Assembly (NCBI GenBank): GCA_002269645.1
Contig: NIVC01001747.1
Coordinates: 1-64,000 of the forward strand
From: Macrostomum lignano
Taxonomy: Eukaryota
Reading direction: 5' to 3'
Length of the DNA: 64,000 bases
The notes beneath the pieces were generated by a model that saw only the letters and a list, made by a program, of their open reading frames with translations, did not search any database and was not told the origin of the DNA. Position 1 is the first letter of the stretch. Every line of letters starts with the position of its first letter. Position numbers and translations under genes: made by a program. Positions 31,785 to 44,322 of the stretch are shown here, one piece after another.

Positions 31785-33297
31785 TCAGGGTTGAGGCCAC
31801 AGGATATTCAAACTGAACACAGCGCAACAAAACTGCCAGAAGACTCGGACTGGGCGTGGAGGTTCTGCCTCCCCTGCGACTCTCCGCCTCGCTTCCCATT
31901 CCTTCCCGAGTTCACGCAGACTCTGTTCACAGCCAGACTGTCGCAGCCTCTCTCCTCCCACCTGTACGTGAACTTCCGCTGCCTGAGCTGGAGTCTCCAA
32001 GCTGAGCTGCTCCGCAATCGCGCACCTGCAATCGCATTCGATCATTGGATTGAACAGCTGCTTGAAGACCCGGACTTGGAGGAGCTGCTCACTCTGGCTC
32101 ACTACAGCGACTGCCGCGAGCACGTGGAGCTCAGCCTGCAGCAGATGGAGATGATCGAGAAAGAGAGACGCGTCGTCATGGAGACGCAGGACGAGGCGAA
32201 GATCGGCTGGGTCAGGCAGAAGCGGTGGCGAGTTTCGAACCGCAGCGGGAGCGACAGCGGCGCTCACCGCAGCAGGGAAGATGAGAAGCGGAGGCTGTCG
32301 GCGAGGGCGAGGCTGCGGCGAGACGGGGCCGACTTGGGTCCTCTGGTAGCCATGGAAACAGCAGCGGAGCAGAGAGACAGCTGGACTCACGCCAAGCTCA
32401 GTCGGATGAGACTGCGGTGACTCAATTTAAGAATAATTAAATTGGTAAATTGCTGGGCTTCCCTGTCTCTTGGTTAGCGCCCCTACCACAATCCCCTGTA
32501 CAGGTGGATGTCATGTCCAAGAGGTCAAAAGTTGAGTTCCTATCATTATTTTAGCTTTTTCACCTCTATTCTTTATTAATAAATATTTGACAGCAAACAG
32601 TGACCAAACGTCTGTCACTTGAGCAGTCACAAAGCTTCAGTGTGCCGAAAAGACTAATTGTCAGCCGCTTCGTTAGCATAAAACTTTATGATTTCTCAAA
32701 GTAAAATTCTGGAATTGCAAGGTCTTGAGCTTTTGAAGTTGATTCCGTCGGCAGCTCAATCTTTTAGGAAGTTAGTTTTTTCTGAGACGCAATTCACCAA
32801 AATGGTTGCACCTGTATCTCCGGTTGTCTTTAGTCAGAGTCATTTGACCATGTGCCAGCGTTCTGTGGTGAGTGATGCAAGGGGCTGGGGCTGCTGAATC
32901 AGCCCACAGTGACTTCGAAGCCACATAATGACCTCTGTTCATGCTTTCTGTCTTTTGCGATAAAATAATCCCATCTTTAATAATCACAGCTGACTTTGTT
33001 CTGATTCTAAATTATAAGTAGCAGCCGATTGCTGCTCTGCTGCAGAAAACAAAAAAATAAAGCTTTGAAATATTACTACTGTAGCTAGGAAACCAATTTC
33101 CAGGTGTAAGTCTATTTCAGCCTCGCTTGAGCAGGTAAAAAAACACTTTTATACCCTAAGTGATTTATAAAAAAGAGAAATTTAAATCCTAATCCTATGG
33201 TTTTAGTCTGTTCATTAGTGCGGGACAGTCACCATGTTCTTCCAGGGCTTCTGGTCCTCATTGTATTACCCACCTGGTACTAATTTTTCTCAACTTT

Positions 33298-33830
33298 GGT
33301 GACTGTAGGGATGGTGACTGTAGGGATGGTGATTGTAGGGATGGTGACTGTAGGGATCGTGACTGTAGGGATGGTGACTGTAGGGATAGTGACTGTAGGG
33401 ATGGTGACTGTAGGGATGGTGACTGTAGGGATGGTGACTGTAGGGATGGTGACTGTAGGGATGGTGACTGTAGGGATGGTGACTGTAGGGATGGTGACTG
33501 TAGGGATGGTGACTGTAGGGATGGTGACTGTAGGGATGGTGACTGTAGGGATGGTGACTGTAGGGATGGTGACTGTAGGGATGGTGACTGTAGGGATGGT
33601 GACTGTAGGGATGGTGACTGTAGGGATGGTGACTGTAGGGATGGTGACTGTAGGGATGGTGACTGTAGGGATGGTGACTGTAGGGATGGTGACTGTAGGG
33701 ATGGTGACTGTAGGGATGGTGACTGTAGGGATGGTGACTGTAGGGATGGTGACTGTAGGGATGGTGACTGTAGGGATGGTGACTGTAGGGATGCTGACTG
33801 TAGGGATGCTGACTGTAGGGATGGTGACTG
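33298..33830. repeat. 15-bp minisatellite (GGTGACTGTAGGGAT)n
   Basis: About 35 near-perfect copies. Confidence 0.97.
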
Positions 33831-34387
33831 TTTAAAATATGAAACAGAAGGAGCGGCAGTGATAAGAGGCTTCTGTAGAAAAGCAAATGAATTTCAACTA
33901 TTGCAGATGCCAAACGCAGCCCAGCAGACTCTCAACTGCCTGAGCTGAGCACGAGAGGAACAGGCGAAAGCATAGGAGAGTCGGGAGAGAGCCAGAGCCG
34001 AGAGAAAACCTCCCTATTTAACAATGAATTTTCTTGAACAGTTGACCGCCTCCTCAAACCGATGCACTGCGAGACTGAGCAGCATTTTACACCGCTCAGT
34101 AGGCCATTAAATGCATTTAAAGATCTCACACTGCACTGAGGCACAATGGATCAGCTCAGCCTCATCAAGTACAGCTTGGGGTGGCCGCTGCAGCCGCAGC
34201 CCTCTCCGTTGCCATGCTGGGTGCACGGAGGCGAAGGCGGCGGACTCAGCGCTCATGCTCGGGAGAGAAGTTTCAGCTGCTCAGGCCGGGGGTGGTCGGC
34301 CTCGCCAGATGCTGCAAAAGGGAGGGCAGCTGAGAGATGAGGCAGTGAAATCTTTCTGGCAACCGGCTGCACAAACCTTTAAAACAC

Positions 34388-34570
34388 CTGCCGCTCTGAC
34401 AGCAGCCGTGACGGACATCTGCCACTCTGACAGCAGCCGTGACTGACATCTGCCACTCTGACAGCAGCCGTGACTGACATCTGCCACTCTGACAGCAGCC
34501 GTGACTGACATCTGCCACTCTGACAGCAGCCGTGACTGACATCTGCTACTCTGACAGCAGCCAAAGATCA
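34388..34570. repeat. 31-bp tandem repeat (CTGCCACTCTGACAGCAGCCGTGACTGACAT)n; single related copy at ~59331-59362
   Basis: About 6 copies. The end motif ctgcc/tactctgacagc.gcca.agatcacagg recurs at 59331. Confidence 0.85.
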
Positions 34571-34815
34571 CAGGTAAGGTTCATAAAGTCTCTTCGAAAT
34601 TCTTTTACAATAAAATTGTAGAGCCACGAAGCTGCCTTTCTGCCCCCTTCTCTCCTTCCCCTCCCCGCTATATTGTGTCGCTATATTCTGTGGATGCTTG
34701 AGCCTTCGTCGGTCAGTCTCTAAAATTCTAGTGTGCGGGCATGCATTTTCGTTTTTGGGTCAGACAGATACTCGTAGCTGTTCAATCGTTGCCGCATTTT
34801 GCTTCCTCCTCTCTC

Positions 34816-37800
34816 TCTTAATACTAAAAGTGGTGCGTTGTTTGTCTGTGTGATACATATCTCCTCCTAGACGACTTGCAAGTCAGCGTCGAAACTTATA
34901 TGGGAAAACTGCAAATTTTCCGAGGATGGCAGTGGGCTATTTCAATTTTTTATTTTTGCATTTTAAGATCCCGAAAAAAGCAAAAAACTGCAATATTGAC
35001 CTTTGATAATCTTATTTGTCCACTCTTTCTGCTTGGAGCTGAAAACTTGCATGAATTTTGAGTGATTGCGCCATAACTTTCTCCTATCTCTGCAGTGTAT
35101 TTTCTCTCCAGTGGGGGGTGCTTGCGTTCTCAGTGGCGGCGTGTGTACACTTGGACCTTGGCGCACGGGCTGACTGTATAGACAATCGCGCAACGATATG
35201 TGCTCTGATTTTCAATTAGGCAGCCCGGTGTATTTTTTGCACACTGAAATTCAATGCATCAACTTGCGAGCCTTTTTAGCAGGCAGGTGAACGTACACTC
35301 GATACTTCAATGCTTTAAATCGGGACATTTCAAACGCAAACTGTTCTTCGAGTTCTAAACTTTAAAAGAATATACTTATATTGCTGGAAAGATCTCGCAA
35401 CACTGAGTTCGGGGATATAAGTTGTTTGTTTTAAATGTGAAAAGAAAAAACACAGCGATCGAAAACAACTTCCATACTTTTTACTTTCTGGAAATATTGT
35501 ACTCATTTTGGGGTTCAATGGGGGTTCGACCAACCCCCAACAGTTGGTGGGAGGGGGGGGCGGTTCAACTTTCAATTGCCACTGCGGAAGGGGGTCAGTC
35601 GCTGTGTATTGGAGGGTTGATTTAGATTGCGCAATCATTTCGTTAACTTTACCTGAGCCTGATACTGACTGAATGAGAAAACGGTTGCGCAATAAATTGA
35701 TTCAATTAATTCATATTTTTATCGGCGCCTTTCAACCCGCAGCTCTGTGCAGCTCTAACCCTAACCCTAACTAATGAATCCTGAAAGTTGAGTTCTCTTT
35801 GACGGAGAAAATTTCGATTGGGTCCAGTTTCGCGGAGAGGATTTCTGTTTCGCGGAGAGGATTTCGATGGTGTTCAGTTTCACGGAGAGGATTTTAATGG
35901 ATTTGGAGAACAGTTAGATGATGGGATTCAGCTGATGGAGATCAGGGAATGGAATTCCGGTGATGGGAGTTCTTCCCCTTTCTCCTCCAGAGGAGGAGTT
36001 GGCCTCGTTAATACTAAAACTGGTGCGTTGTTTGTCTGTGTGATACATATCTCCTCCTAGACGACTTGCAAGTCAGCGTCGAAACTTATATGGGAAAACT
36101 GCAAATTTTCCGAGGATGGCAGTGGGCTATTTCAATTTTTTATTTTTACATTTTAAGATCCCGAAAAAAGCAAAAAACTGCAATCTTGACCTTTGATAAT
36201 CTTATTTGTCCCCTCTTTCTGCTTGGAGCTAAAAATTTGCATGAATTTTGAGCGATTGCGCCATAACTTTCTCCTATCTCTGCAGTGTATTTTCTCTCCA
36301 GTGGGGGTGCTCGCGTTCTCAGTGGCGGCGTGTGTGCACTTGGACCTTGGCGCACGGGCTGACTGTATAGACAATTGCGCAACGATACGTGCTCTGATTT
36401 TCAATTAGGCAGCCCGGTGTATTTTTTGCACACTGAAATTCAATGCATCAACATGCGAGCCTTTTTAGCAGGCAGGTGAACGTACACTCGATACTTCAAT
36501 GCTTTAAATCGGGACATTTCAAACGCTAACTGTTGCTCGAGTTCTAAACTTTAAAAGAATAGACTTATATTGCTGGAAAGATCTTGCAACACTGAGTTCG
36601 GGGATATAAGTTGTTTGTTTTAAATGTGAAAAGAAAAAACACAGCGATCGAAAACAACTTCCATACTTTTTACTTTCTGGAAAGATTGTACTCATTTTGG
36701 GGTTCAATGGGGTTCGACCAACCCCCCAACAGTTGGTGGGAGGGGGGGCGGTTCAACTTTTAATTGCCACTGCGGAAGGGGTCAGTCGCTGTGTATTGGA
36801 GGGTTGATTTAGATTGCGCAATCATTTCGTGTGCACTTGGACCTTGGCGCACGGGCTGACTGTATAGACAATTGCAATTCACTGTTGCAGCCAGTGAACG
36901 TACACTCGATATTTCAATGCTTAAAATCAGAAAGTTTCAAACACTAACTGTTGCTCGAGTTTTGAACTTAGAGAGGAGAGACTTATATTGCTGGAAAGAT
37001 CTTGCTGCGATGAGTTCGGGGATATAAGTTTTTTGCTTTAAATATGAAAATTAAATTCACAGCATTCAAGAAAAGATTTTCATACTTTTAGCTTTCTGCA
37101 AAGATTGTTCTCATTTTGGAGTTCAATGGGGGTTCGACCGACCCCCCAATAGTTGGTGAGGGGGGGGTTCAATTTCTAGCTGCACTGCATATTGGAAGGG
37201 GGTCGGTTGCTGTGTATTTGAGGGTTGATTTAGATTGCGCAATCTTTTTGTTAACTTTAACTGAGGCTGATACTGACTGCCTGAGAAATAAGTTGCGCAG
37301 TTTAATTGGTTCAATGTTTTTACGGCGCCTTTCAACACGCAGCTGTGTGTAGCTCTAACCCTAACCCTAACCCTAACCAATGAATTCTGAGAGCTGGGCT
37401 GTTTGACGTAGAAATTTCGATTTAGTCCAGTTTCACGGAGAGGATTTCTATTTCGCGGAGTATATTTCGATGGTGTTCAGTTTCACGGAGAGGATTTCGA
37501 TAGTGTTCAGTTTCACGGAGACGATTTCTGTTGCGCGGAGAGGTGTTGGAAAATGGGATTCCGCTGATGGAGTTCAGGGAATGGAATTCCGCTGATTGGA
37601 GTTCTTCCCCTTTCTTCTCCGAAGGAGGAGTTGGCCTCGTCCTAATACTAAAGTTGGTGCGATGATTGTTTGTTTGTTTGTCTGTTTGTTTGTGTGTTGC
37701 ATAACTCCTCCTAGAATACTTGCAAGTCAGCGTTGAAACTTATATGGGTAAACTGCAAATTTTCCGGGGACTGCAGTGGGCTATTTCAATTTTTTATTTT

Positions 37801-40800
37801 CACATTTTAAGATCCCTAAAAAAGCAGAAAACTGCAATCTTGACCTTTGATAATCTTATTTGTCCCCTCTTTCTGCTCGGAGCTGATAAAATGCATCAAT
37901 TTTGATTGCTTGCGCCATAACTTTCTCCTATCTCGCCAGTGCATTTCTCTCCAGTTGGGGGATGGGGCGTTCTAAGTGGCTGCGTGTGTACAATTGGACC
38001 CTGGCTCAGTGGCGCACTGTAAAGATGATTGCGCAATGATTTGGCTACTGTTGAGTTGTTCTGCCTTTCAATATGAAGCCCTGTGTATTGTAGGACAGTG
38101 AAATTCATTGCATAACTTGCGAGTCGCTTTAACAGGCGGTGAGCGTACACTCGATATTTCAATGCTTTAAATCGGAAAGTTGTAAACGTTAACTGCTCAT
38201 CGAGTTCTAAACTTTAAGAGAAGAGACTTATATTGCCGGAAAGAGCTTGCAACACTGAGTTTGGAGGTATAAGTTGTTTGCTTTAAATATGAAAACAAAA
38301 AGGACAGCATTAAAAAACTATTTCCGAACTTTTAACTTTCTGCAAAGATTGCACTTAGTTTCGTGAGACGTAATAGATAAAGTTATGGGGAGGGTTCAAC
38401 TTCTTACTGCCACTGTGTATTGGAGGGTTGAATTAGATTGCGCAATCATTTTGTTAACTTTACCTGAGCCTGATACTGACTGAAAGAGAAATCAATTGCG
38501 CAATAAATTGATTCAATTAATTCAATATTCTTATCGGCGCCTTTCAACCCGCAGCTCTGTGCAGCTCTAACCCTAACCCTAACCACTGATGGCACTGAAC
38601 CCTGAGAGTTGAGTTCTTTTTGACGGAGAAAATTTCGATTGAGTCCAGTTTTACGGAGAGGATTTCGATGGTTTTCAGTTTCACGGAGAGGATTTCTGTT
38701 TCGCGGAGAGGAGTTTGATGGATTTGGAGATGTTTTGATGATGGGATTCGGGTCATGGGATTCAGCTAAGGGGTTTCAGGGAATGGAATTCCGGTGATGG
38801 GAGTTCTTCCCCTTTCTCCTCCATCGGAGGAGTTGGCCTCGTTAATACTAAAACTGGTGCGTTGTTTGTCTGTGTGATACATATCTCCTCCTAGACGACT
38901 TGCAAGTCAGCGTCGAAGCTTATATGGGAAAACTGCAAATTTTCCGAGGATGGCAGTGGGCTATTTCAATTTTTTATTTTTACATTTTAAGATCCCGAAA
39001 AAAGCAAAAAACTGCAATCTTGACCTTTGATAATCTTATTTGTCCCCTCTTTCTGCTTGGAGCTAAAAATTTGCATGAATTTTGAGCGATTGCGCCATAA
39101 CTTTCTCCTATCTCTGCAGTGTATTTTCTCTCCAGTGGGGGTGCTCGCGTTCTCAGTGGCGGCGTGTGTACACTTGGACCTTGGCGCACGGGCTGACTGT
39201 ATAGACAATTGCGCAACGATACGTGCTCTGATTTTCAATTAGGCAGCCCGGTGTATTTTTTGCACACTGAAATTCAATGCATCAACATGCGAGCCTTTTT
39301 AGCAGGCAGGTGAACGTACACTCGATACTTCAATGCCTTAAATCGGGACATTTCAAACGCTAACTGTTGCTCGAGTTCTAAACTTTAAAAGAATAGACTT
39401 ATATTGCTGGAAAGATCTTGCAACACTGAGTTCGGGGATATAAGTTGTTTGTTTTAAATGTGAAAAGAAAAAACACAGCGATCGAAAACAACTTCCATAC
39501 TTTTTACTTTCTGGAAAGATTGTACTCATTTTGGGGTTCAATGGGGTTCGACCAACCCCCAACAGTTGGTGGGAGGGGGGGCGGTTCAACTTTTAATTGC
39601 CACTGCGGAAGGGGGTCAGTCGCTGTGTATTGGAGGGTTGATTTAGATTGCGCAATCATTTCGTGTGCACTTGGACCTTGGCGCACGGGCTGACTGTATA
39701 GACAATTGCAATTCACTGTTGCAGCCAGTGAACGTACACTCGATATTTCAATGCTTAAAATCAGAAAGTTTCAAACACTAACTGTTGCTCGAGTTTTGAA
39801 CTTAGAGAGGAGAGACTTATATTGCTGGAAAGATCTTGCTGCGATGAGTTCGGGGATATAAGTTTTTTGCTTTAAATATGAAAATTAAATTCACAGCATT
39901 CAAGAAAAGATTTTCATACTTTTAGCTTTCTGCAAAGATTTTTCTCATTTTGGAGTTCAATGGGGGTTCGACCGACCCCCCAATAGTTGGTGAGGGGGGG
40001 TTCAATTTCTAGCTGCACTGCGTATTGGAAGGGGGGTCGGTTGCTGTGTATTTGAGGGTTGATTTAGATTGTGCAATCTTTTTGTTAACTTTAACTGAGG
40101 CTGATACTGACTGCCTGAGAAATAAGTTGCGCAATTTAATTGGTTCAATGTTTTTTCGGCGTCTTTCAACACGCAGCTGTGTGTAGCTCTAACCCTAACC
40201 CTAACCTTAACCAATGAATTCTGAGAGCTGGGCTGTTTGACGTAGAAATTTCGATTTAGTCCAGTTTCACGGAGAGGATTTCTATTTCGCGGAGAATATT
40301 TCGATGGTGTTCAGTTTCACGGAGAGGATTTCGATAGTGTTCAGTTTCACGGAGACGATTTCTGTTGCGCGGAGAGGTGTTGGAAAATGGGATTCCGCTG
40401 ATGGAGTTCAGGGAATGGAATTCCGCTGATTGGAGTTCTTCCCCTTTCTTCTCCGAAGGAGGAGTTGGCCTCGTCCTAATACTAAAGTTGGTGCGATGAT
40501 TGTTTGTTTGTTTGTCTGTTTGTTTGTGTGTTGCATAACTCCTCCTAGAATACTTGCAAGTCAGCGTTGAAACTTATATGGGTAAACTGCAAATTTTCCC
40601 GGGACTGCAGTGGGCTATTTCCATTTTTTATTTTCACATTTTAAGATCCCTAAAAAAGCAGAAAACTGATTTCCTAACCTTCTCTGGTCACTTTTTCTGC
40701 TCGGAGCCGAAAATTTGCATGAATTTTGAGCTATTGCGCCACAACTTTCTCCTATCTCTGTAGTGTATTTTCTCTCCAGTGGGGGGATGGTCGCGTTCTC

Positions 40801-41957
40801 AGTGGCGGCGTGTGTACACTTTTACCTTGGCGCACGGGCTGACTGACTGTATAGAAAATTGCGCAACGATATATGTTCTGATTTTCAATAGGCAGCCCTG
40901 TGTATTTATTTGTTGGATAGTGAATTCAATTTGAATAAACTTGCGAGCATCTTTAGCACGCACTGAACGTACACTCGATGGTTCAATGCTTTAAATCGGG
41001 AAATTTCAAACGCTAACTGTTCCTCGAGTTTTTTACTTTGAGAGGAGAGACTTATATTGCTGGAAAGATCTTTCAATGCTGAGTTCGGGAATATAAGTTG
41101 CTTGCTTTAAATCAAAAAAACTGAAAGCACTGCATTCTATAAAAGATTTTCATACTTTTAACTTTCTGCAAAGAGTGTACTCATTTTGGATTGAATGGGG
41201 GTTCGACCGACCCCCCAACAGTTGGGGGGGGGGTGGGTTCAATTTCTAACCGCCACTGCGTATTGCAAGGGGTCAGTCTCTGAGCATTGGAGGGTTGATT
41301 TAGTTTGCGTAATAATTTTAACTGAGACTGATACTGACTGACGGAGAAATGAATTGCGCCATCAATTTGTTTTATTATTTGTGCCAGCAGGCAGTAGTGA
41401 ACGTACACTCGATATTTCAATGCTTTAAAACGGGAACTTTCAAACGCTAAATTTTCTTTGAGTATTAAACTTTGAGAGGAGGGACTTATATTGCTGAAAA
41501 GAGCTTGCAACGCTGAGTTCGGGTATAAAAATTGTTTGCTTTAAAGTAGAAAAAATGAAGGCGGAGCAATGGAAAAAGTTTTTCATACTTTTTACTGTCG
41601 GCAAAGATTTTATTCATTTTAGGGGTTCATGGGGGTTCCGGGGGTTGGTTTCATCTTCTAACTGCCACTGAGTATTGGAGGGGGTCGGTCGCTGTGTATT
41701 GGAGGGTTGATTTACAATAGATTGCGCAATCTTTTTGCTAACTTTATACTGACTGACTGAGAAATCGGTTGCGCAATCAATTGATTCAATTAGTTCAATA
41801 TTTTATTGGCGCCTTTCAACACGCTGCTGTGTGTGGCTCTAACCCTAACCCTAACCAATGAATTCTGAGAGTTGAGTTTAGCTGATGGAGTTCAGGGAAT
41901 GGAATTCCAGTGATGGGAGTTCTTCCCATTTCTTCTCCGAAGGAGGAGTTGGCCTCG
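34816..41957 (+). mobile_element. Head-to-tail array of five non-autonomous Helitron-like units (1192, 1632, 1202, 1632, 1484 bp) with a 2834-bp higher-order repeat
   Basis: Units start T(C)(C/T)TAATACTAAA..TGGTGCG..GTTTG at 34816, 36008, 37640, 38842 and 40474. They end in a hairpin (CTCCTCC-AGA-GGAGGAG at 35982-35998) plus TTGGCCTCG. No TIRs, and no TSD seen. Internal ~420-bp subrepeat and (TAACCC)2-3. The tandem structure is certain; the Helitron assignment is inferred. Confidence 0.65.
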
Positions 41958-42300
41958 TATATACTAAAAATGAGTTGTCTGTATGTGGGTAGGTAGGTAG
42001 GTAGGTATGCGATAGATTTCAGAAAAATTGGCTCAACCGATTTTCTTCAAACTTGCACCATTTGATCAGAAATTTTCCTGGGACGGTACATGCATCTTGG
42101 CTAAGAAATTGCTCAATTTTAAAGGGATTAAATATTCGAAAAACATGCTTTTTTTGCAAAGGTCAAGCAAAATTTTCGACTTGAAATGCATTGTAAGAAT
42201 GCTAGAGAAAAACCTGACTGACTGAATTTCAATTCTGATAAAGATTGCATCACAACAAGTTGAAAACAGTGTCGAAGAAATGCACACACGACTTGATTTA
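41958..42300 (+). mobile_element. 5' part of a second Helitron-like non-autonomous family
   Basis: TATATACTAAAAATGAGTTGTCTGTATG, a (TAGG)n microsatellite, then GGCTCAACCGATTTTCTTCAAACTT. This layout is typical of Lep1-type Helitron heads. Confidence 0.4.
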
Positions 42301-42469
42301 AATTGCGTAACCAATATTGCTAACTTGAACTGAGACTGGTACTGGCTGACTGATAAATTGATTATGTCATAACTTTTTACTCTAATTGACTTGCTGTAAG
42401 AATTGAATTATAAGGGCCACAATTCATGTTCTCCAATTGAAAAAAGATAGCCTATATACGAACAGACTG

Positions 42470-43545
42470 TGTAGAGTGTTCTACCTTTCGTAAAAAAGAC
42501 ATAAAAGTGTTAACGTACTACTCACACATTTTATTCAGTAGTAAGTTGAAGAGCATGAATAAAGGTATGCTTTGAATTATAAGTATATTCTGACTAACCA
42601 ATAGAAAAAGAGAGACCTTGAGCATGCTAAATTTAGAAATCACCCAATCACGTGTAACCTGTACGTGTCGAACGCAAACCCCAGGAGAGATGCATCATTC
42701 AACCGTACGCACGTGACCCAAGCAAATGTAACTAAAAATAACTCGAATGCGATGACCAATCACGCGCTTTTACACTGAACCAATGGAGTAACTTTCTACC
42801 CTGCCAAGTTTGACAGCAGCCAAACCGTGACCTTTTTGACAGCTGAAGAGTTGGACCCACGTGACCTCATGGGGTCCATTTGCCTATAAATACAAGTGGT
42901 CCGGAACGGACCCGGAGCCACAATCTCCAAGGGAGAGAAGCTCCGAAGAGGAAGCTCTAGTGAAGCCTTCCTGAAGAAACTCGCGTCGTGGACGAGTTCT
43001 TGCGGTAAGCCTTACTCATTTGCGCCCGTTGGTTGAGACGTCTCGCTCAAGTCTATTGAGACTTGAGTTTATTTGAGTCTGTTGAGACTCTTGAGTCTGT
43101 TTAGACTCCACTGGTTGCAGTCTCCAGAAGGACTGCCCCTGATAGGTCTTAGAAGACTATCAGTGGTTTCCGGAGCTATACCTAGAGTGCAGAGAGGCAC
43201 TGCTAGAAGGAGTAGGCTTATATTAAAAACCGCAGTTTGGCGCAGGGATCCCCATTGTTAATTTGGAAGCTTCCGATTGGTCCGAACTACAGATACCGGC
43301 CGGCAAGAAGTCAAGAGGACAAAGGAGATAACGGACCAGATCAACTGTTACCAGGCGCCTAAACTTCCTGAAGGACAGGAAAGTTACTGATCGCGATACT
43401 ACGGACGAGGATTATTACGAGAGCTCTCATTTAAGGACTCAAAGGTAATTGAATACCTTCATTTGATTACTGGGTTGCCTAGCTACAGAGCTAGAAGTGA
43501 TTGTTCCTTGATTACAGTTGAGGACTGGTAATAAGGAACACATCA
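42470..43545 (+). repeat. 5' LTR (1076 bp)
   Basis: TGTAGAGTG...GGAACACATCA. By eye it is identical to the 3' LTR except a G4/G5 run at ~42871/52678. Confidence 0.97.
42595..42915 (+). promoter_or_regulatory. Putative LTR U3 promoter: CCAAT boxes, CACGTG E-boxes, TATA box
   Basis: Four CCAAT motifs (~42598, 42643, 42755, 42779), three CACGTG, TATAAATA at 42885-42892, followed by the hairpin GGTCCG-GAA-CGGACC. Confidence 0.5.
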
Positions 43546-44322
43546 ATTGGTGATCTCGCCCTTTCGGCACTACTCAAACTTTTGAGCAATAGCCCTGATC
43601 AAGCTATTGTTAAGTGGCGAAAGAGTGTCTTCATTAATTTGCGCGCACGTGTTAGAGTTAACATTTTGCAAGTCCGTACGTTTTGAAACTCGAGTAAAAT
43701 TTTGGTGTACAGGTTTGAGCACCTGTCAATTTTGAGTACAGTTTGAGCACGCGTGTTAAATTTTAGTTTTTAACGAGCTCGAGCAAGCGTAAACCTAAAA
43801 CAAAACCGAAAAACAACGTCCGGTACACTGAAAATAAACAAAAATAATAATTAATCAATACACACTAAAACAAAACCGAAATTAACTTCGTCGGTACACT
43901 GAAAACAAACCGAAAATCAAAGAATCGTCGACGCAAACAAACAAAAAATAACTGAAACATTTTGCCGGCACAAAAACTAAAACAAAACCGAAATTAATTG
44001 ACACTTCGTGGAGAGCGGAGTTAATTGACAAAAGAGAGAAAGTCAGGGAAGAGAAAAAAGTCTTTGCAAAGCAAGAAGACAAAGTCCACTTCAAGATACA
44101 CTTTGCGGGACGCCGCATAAGTGCGAAAACGGCAAGCGAACAGAACAAGTTCATTTGAGGACAACCAGTGGCAGCAAGCCGCAACTTCGAGGCCAGCGAA
44201 TAACAGATCGACACTACAAGGCAATTCGTTACAGTCGAGGTTATTCCGAGGCAAACACCACACTGGACGATCCGTTACAAATCGATCCAGATCTTGAACT
44301 ACCGTTCTATCCTATCAACAAC

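Noticed and set aside
33290-33913. (HHPYS)n His-rich and (MVTVG)n ORFs resembling a metal-binding or structural protein
   Set aside because: A perfect 15-bp DNA repeat open on both strands with no synonymous variation or gene context; a minisatellite is more parsimonious.
33900-34380. GC-richer segment that might be a gene remnant
   Set aside because: No continuous frame or recognisable domain on either strand.
35755-41857. TAACCC runs as a telomere or chromosome-fusion site
   Set aside because: Only 2-3 copies each, embedded at the same position in repeated TE units.
43073-43261. 62-aa ORF duplicated at 52881-53069
   Set aside because: It lies within the LTRs, has a non-ATG start and no motif; the duplication just reflects LTR identity.
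43546-43570. Assignment of the primer tRNA (TGGTGATCTCGCCC)
   Set aside because: Only a partial resemblance to a tRNA-Trp 3' end; it cannot be assigned without the host tRNA set.
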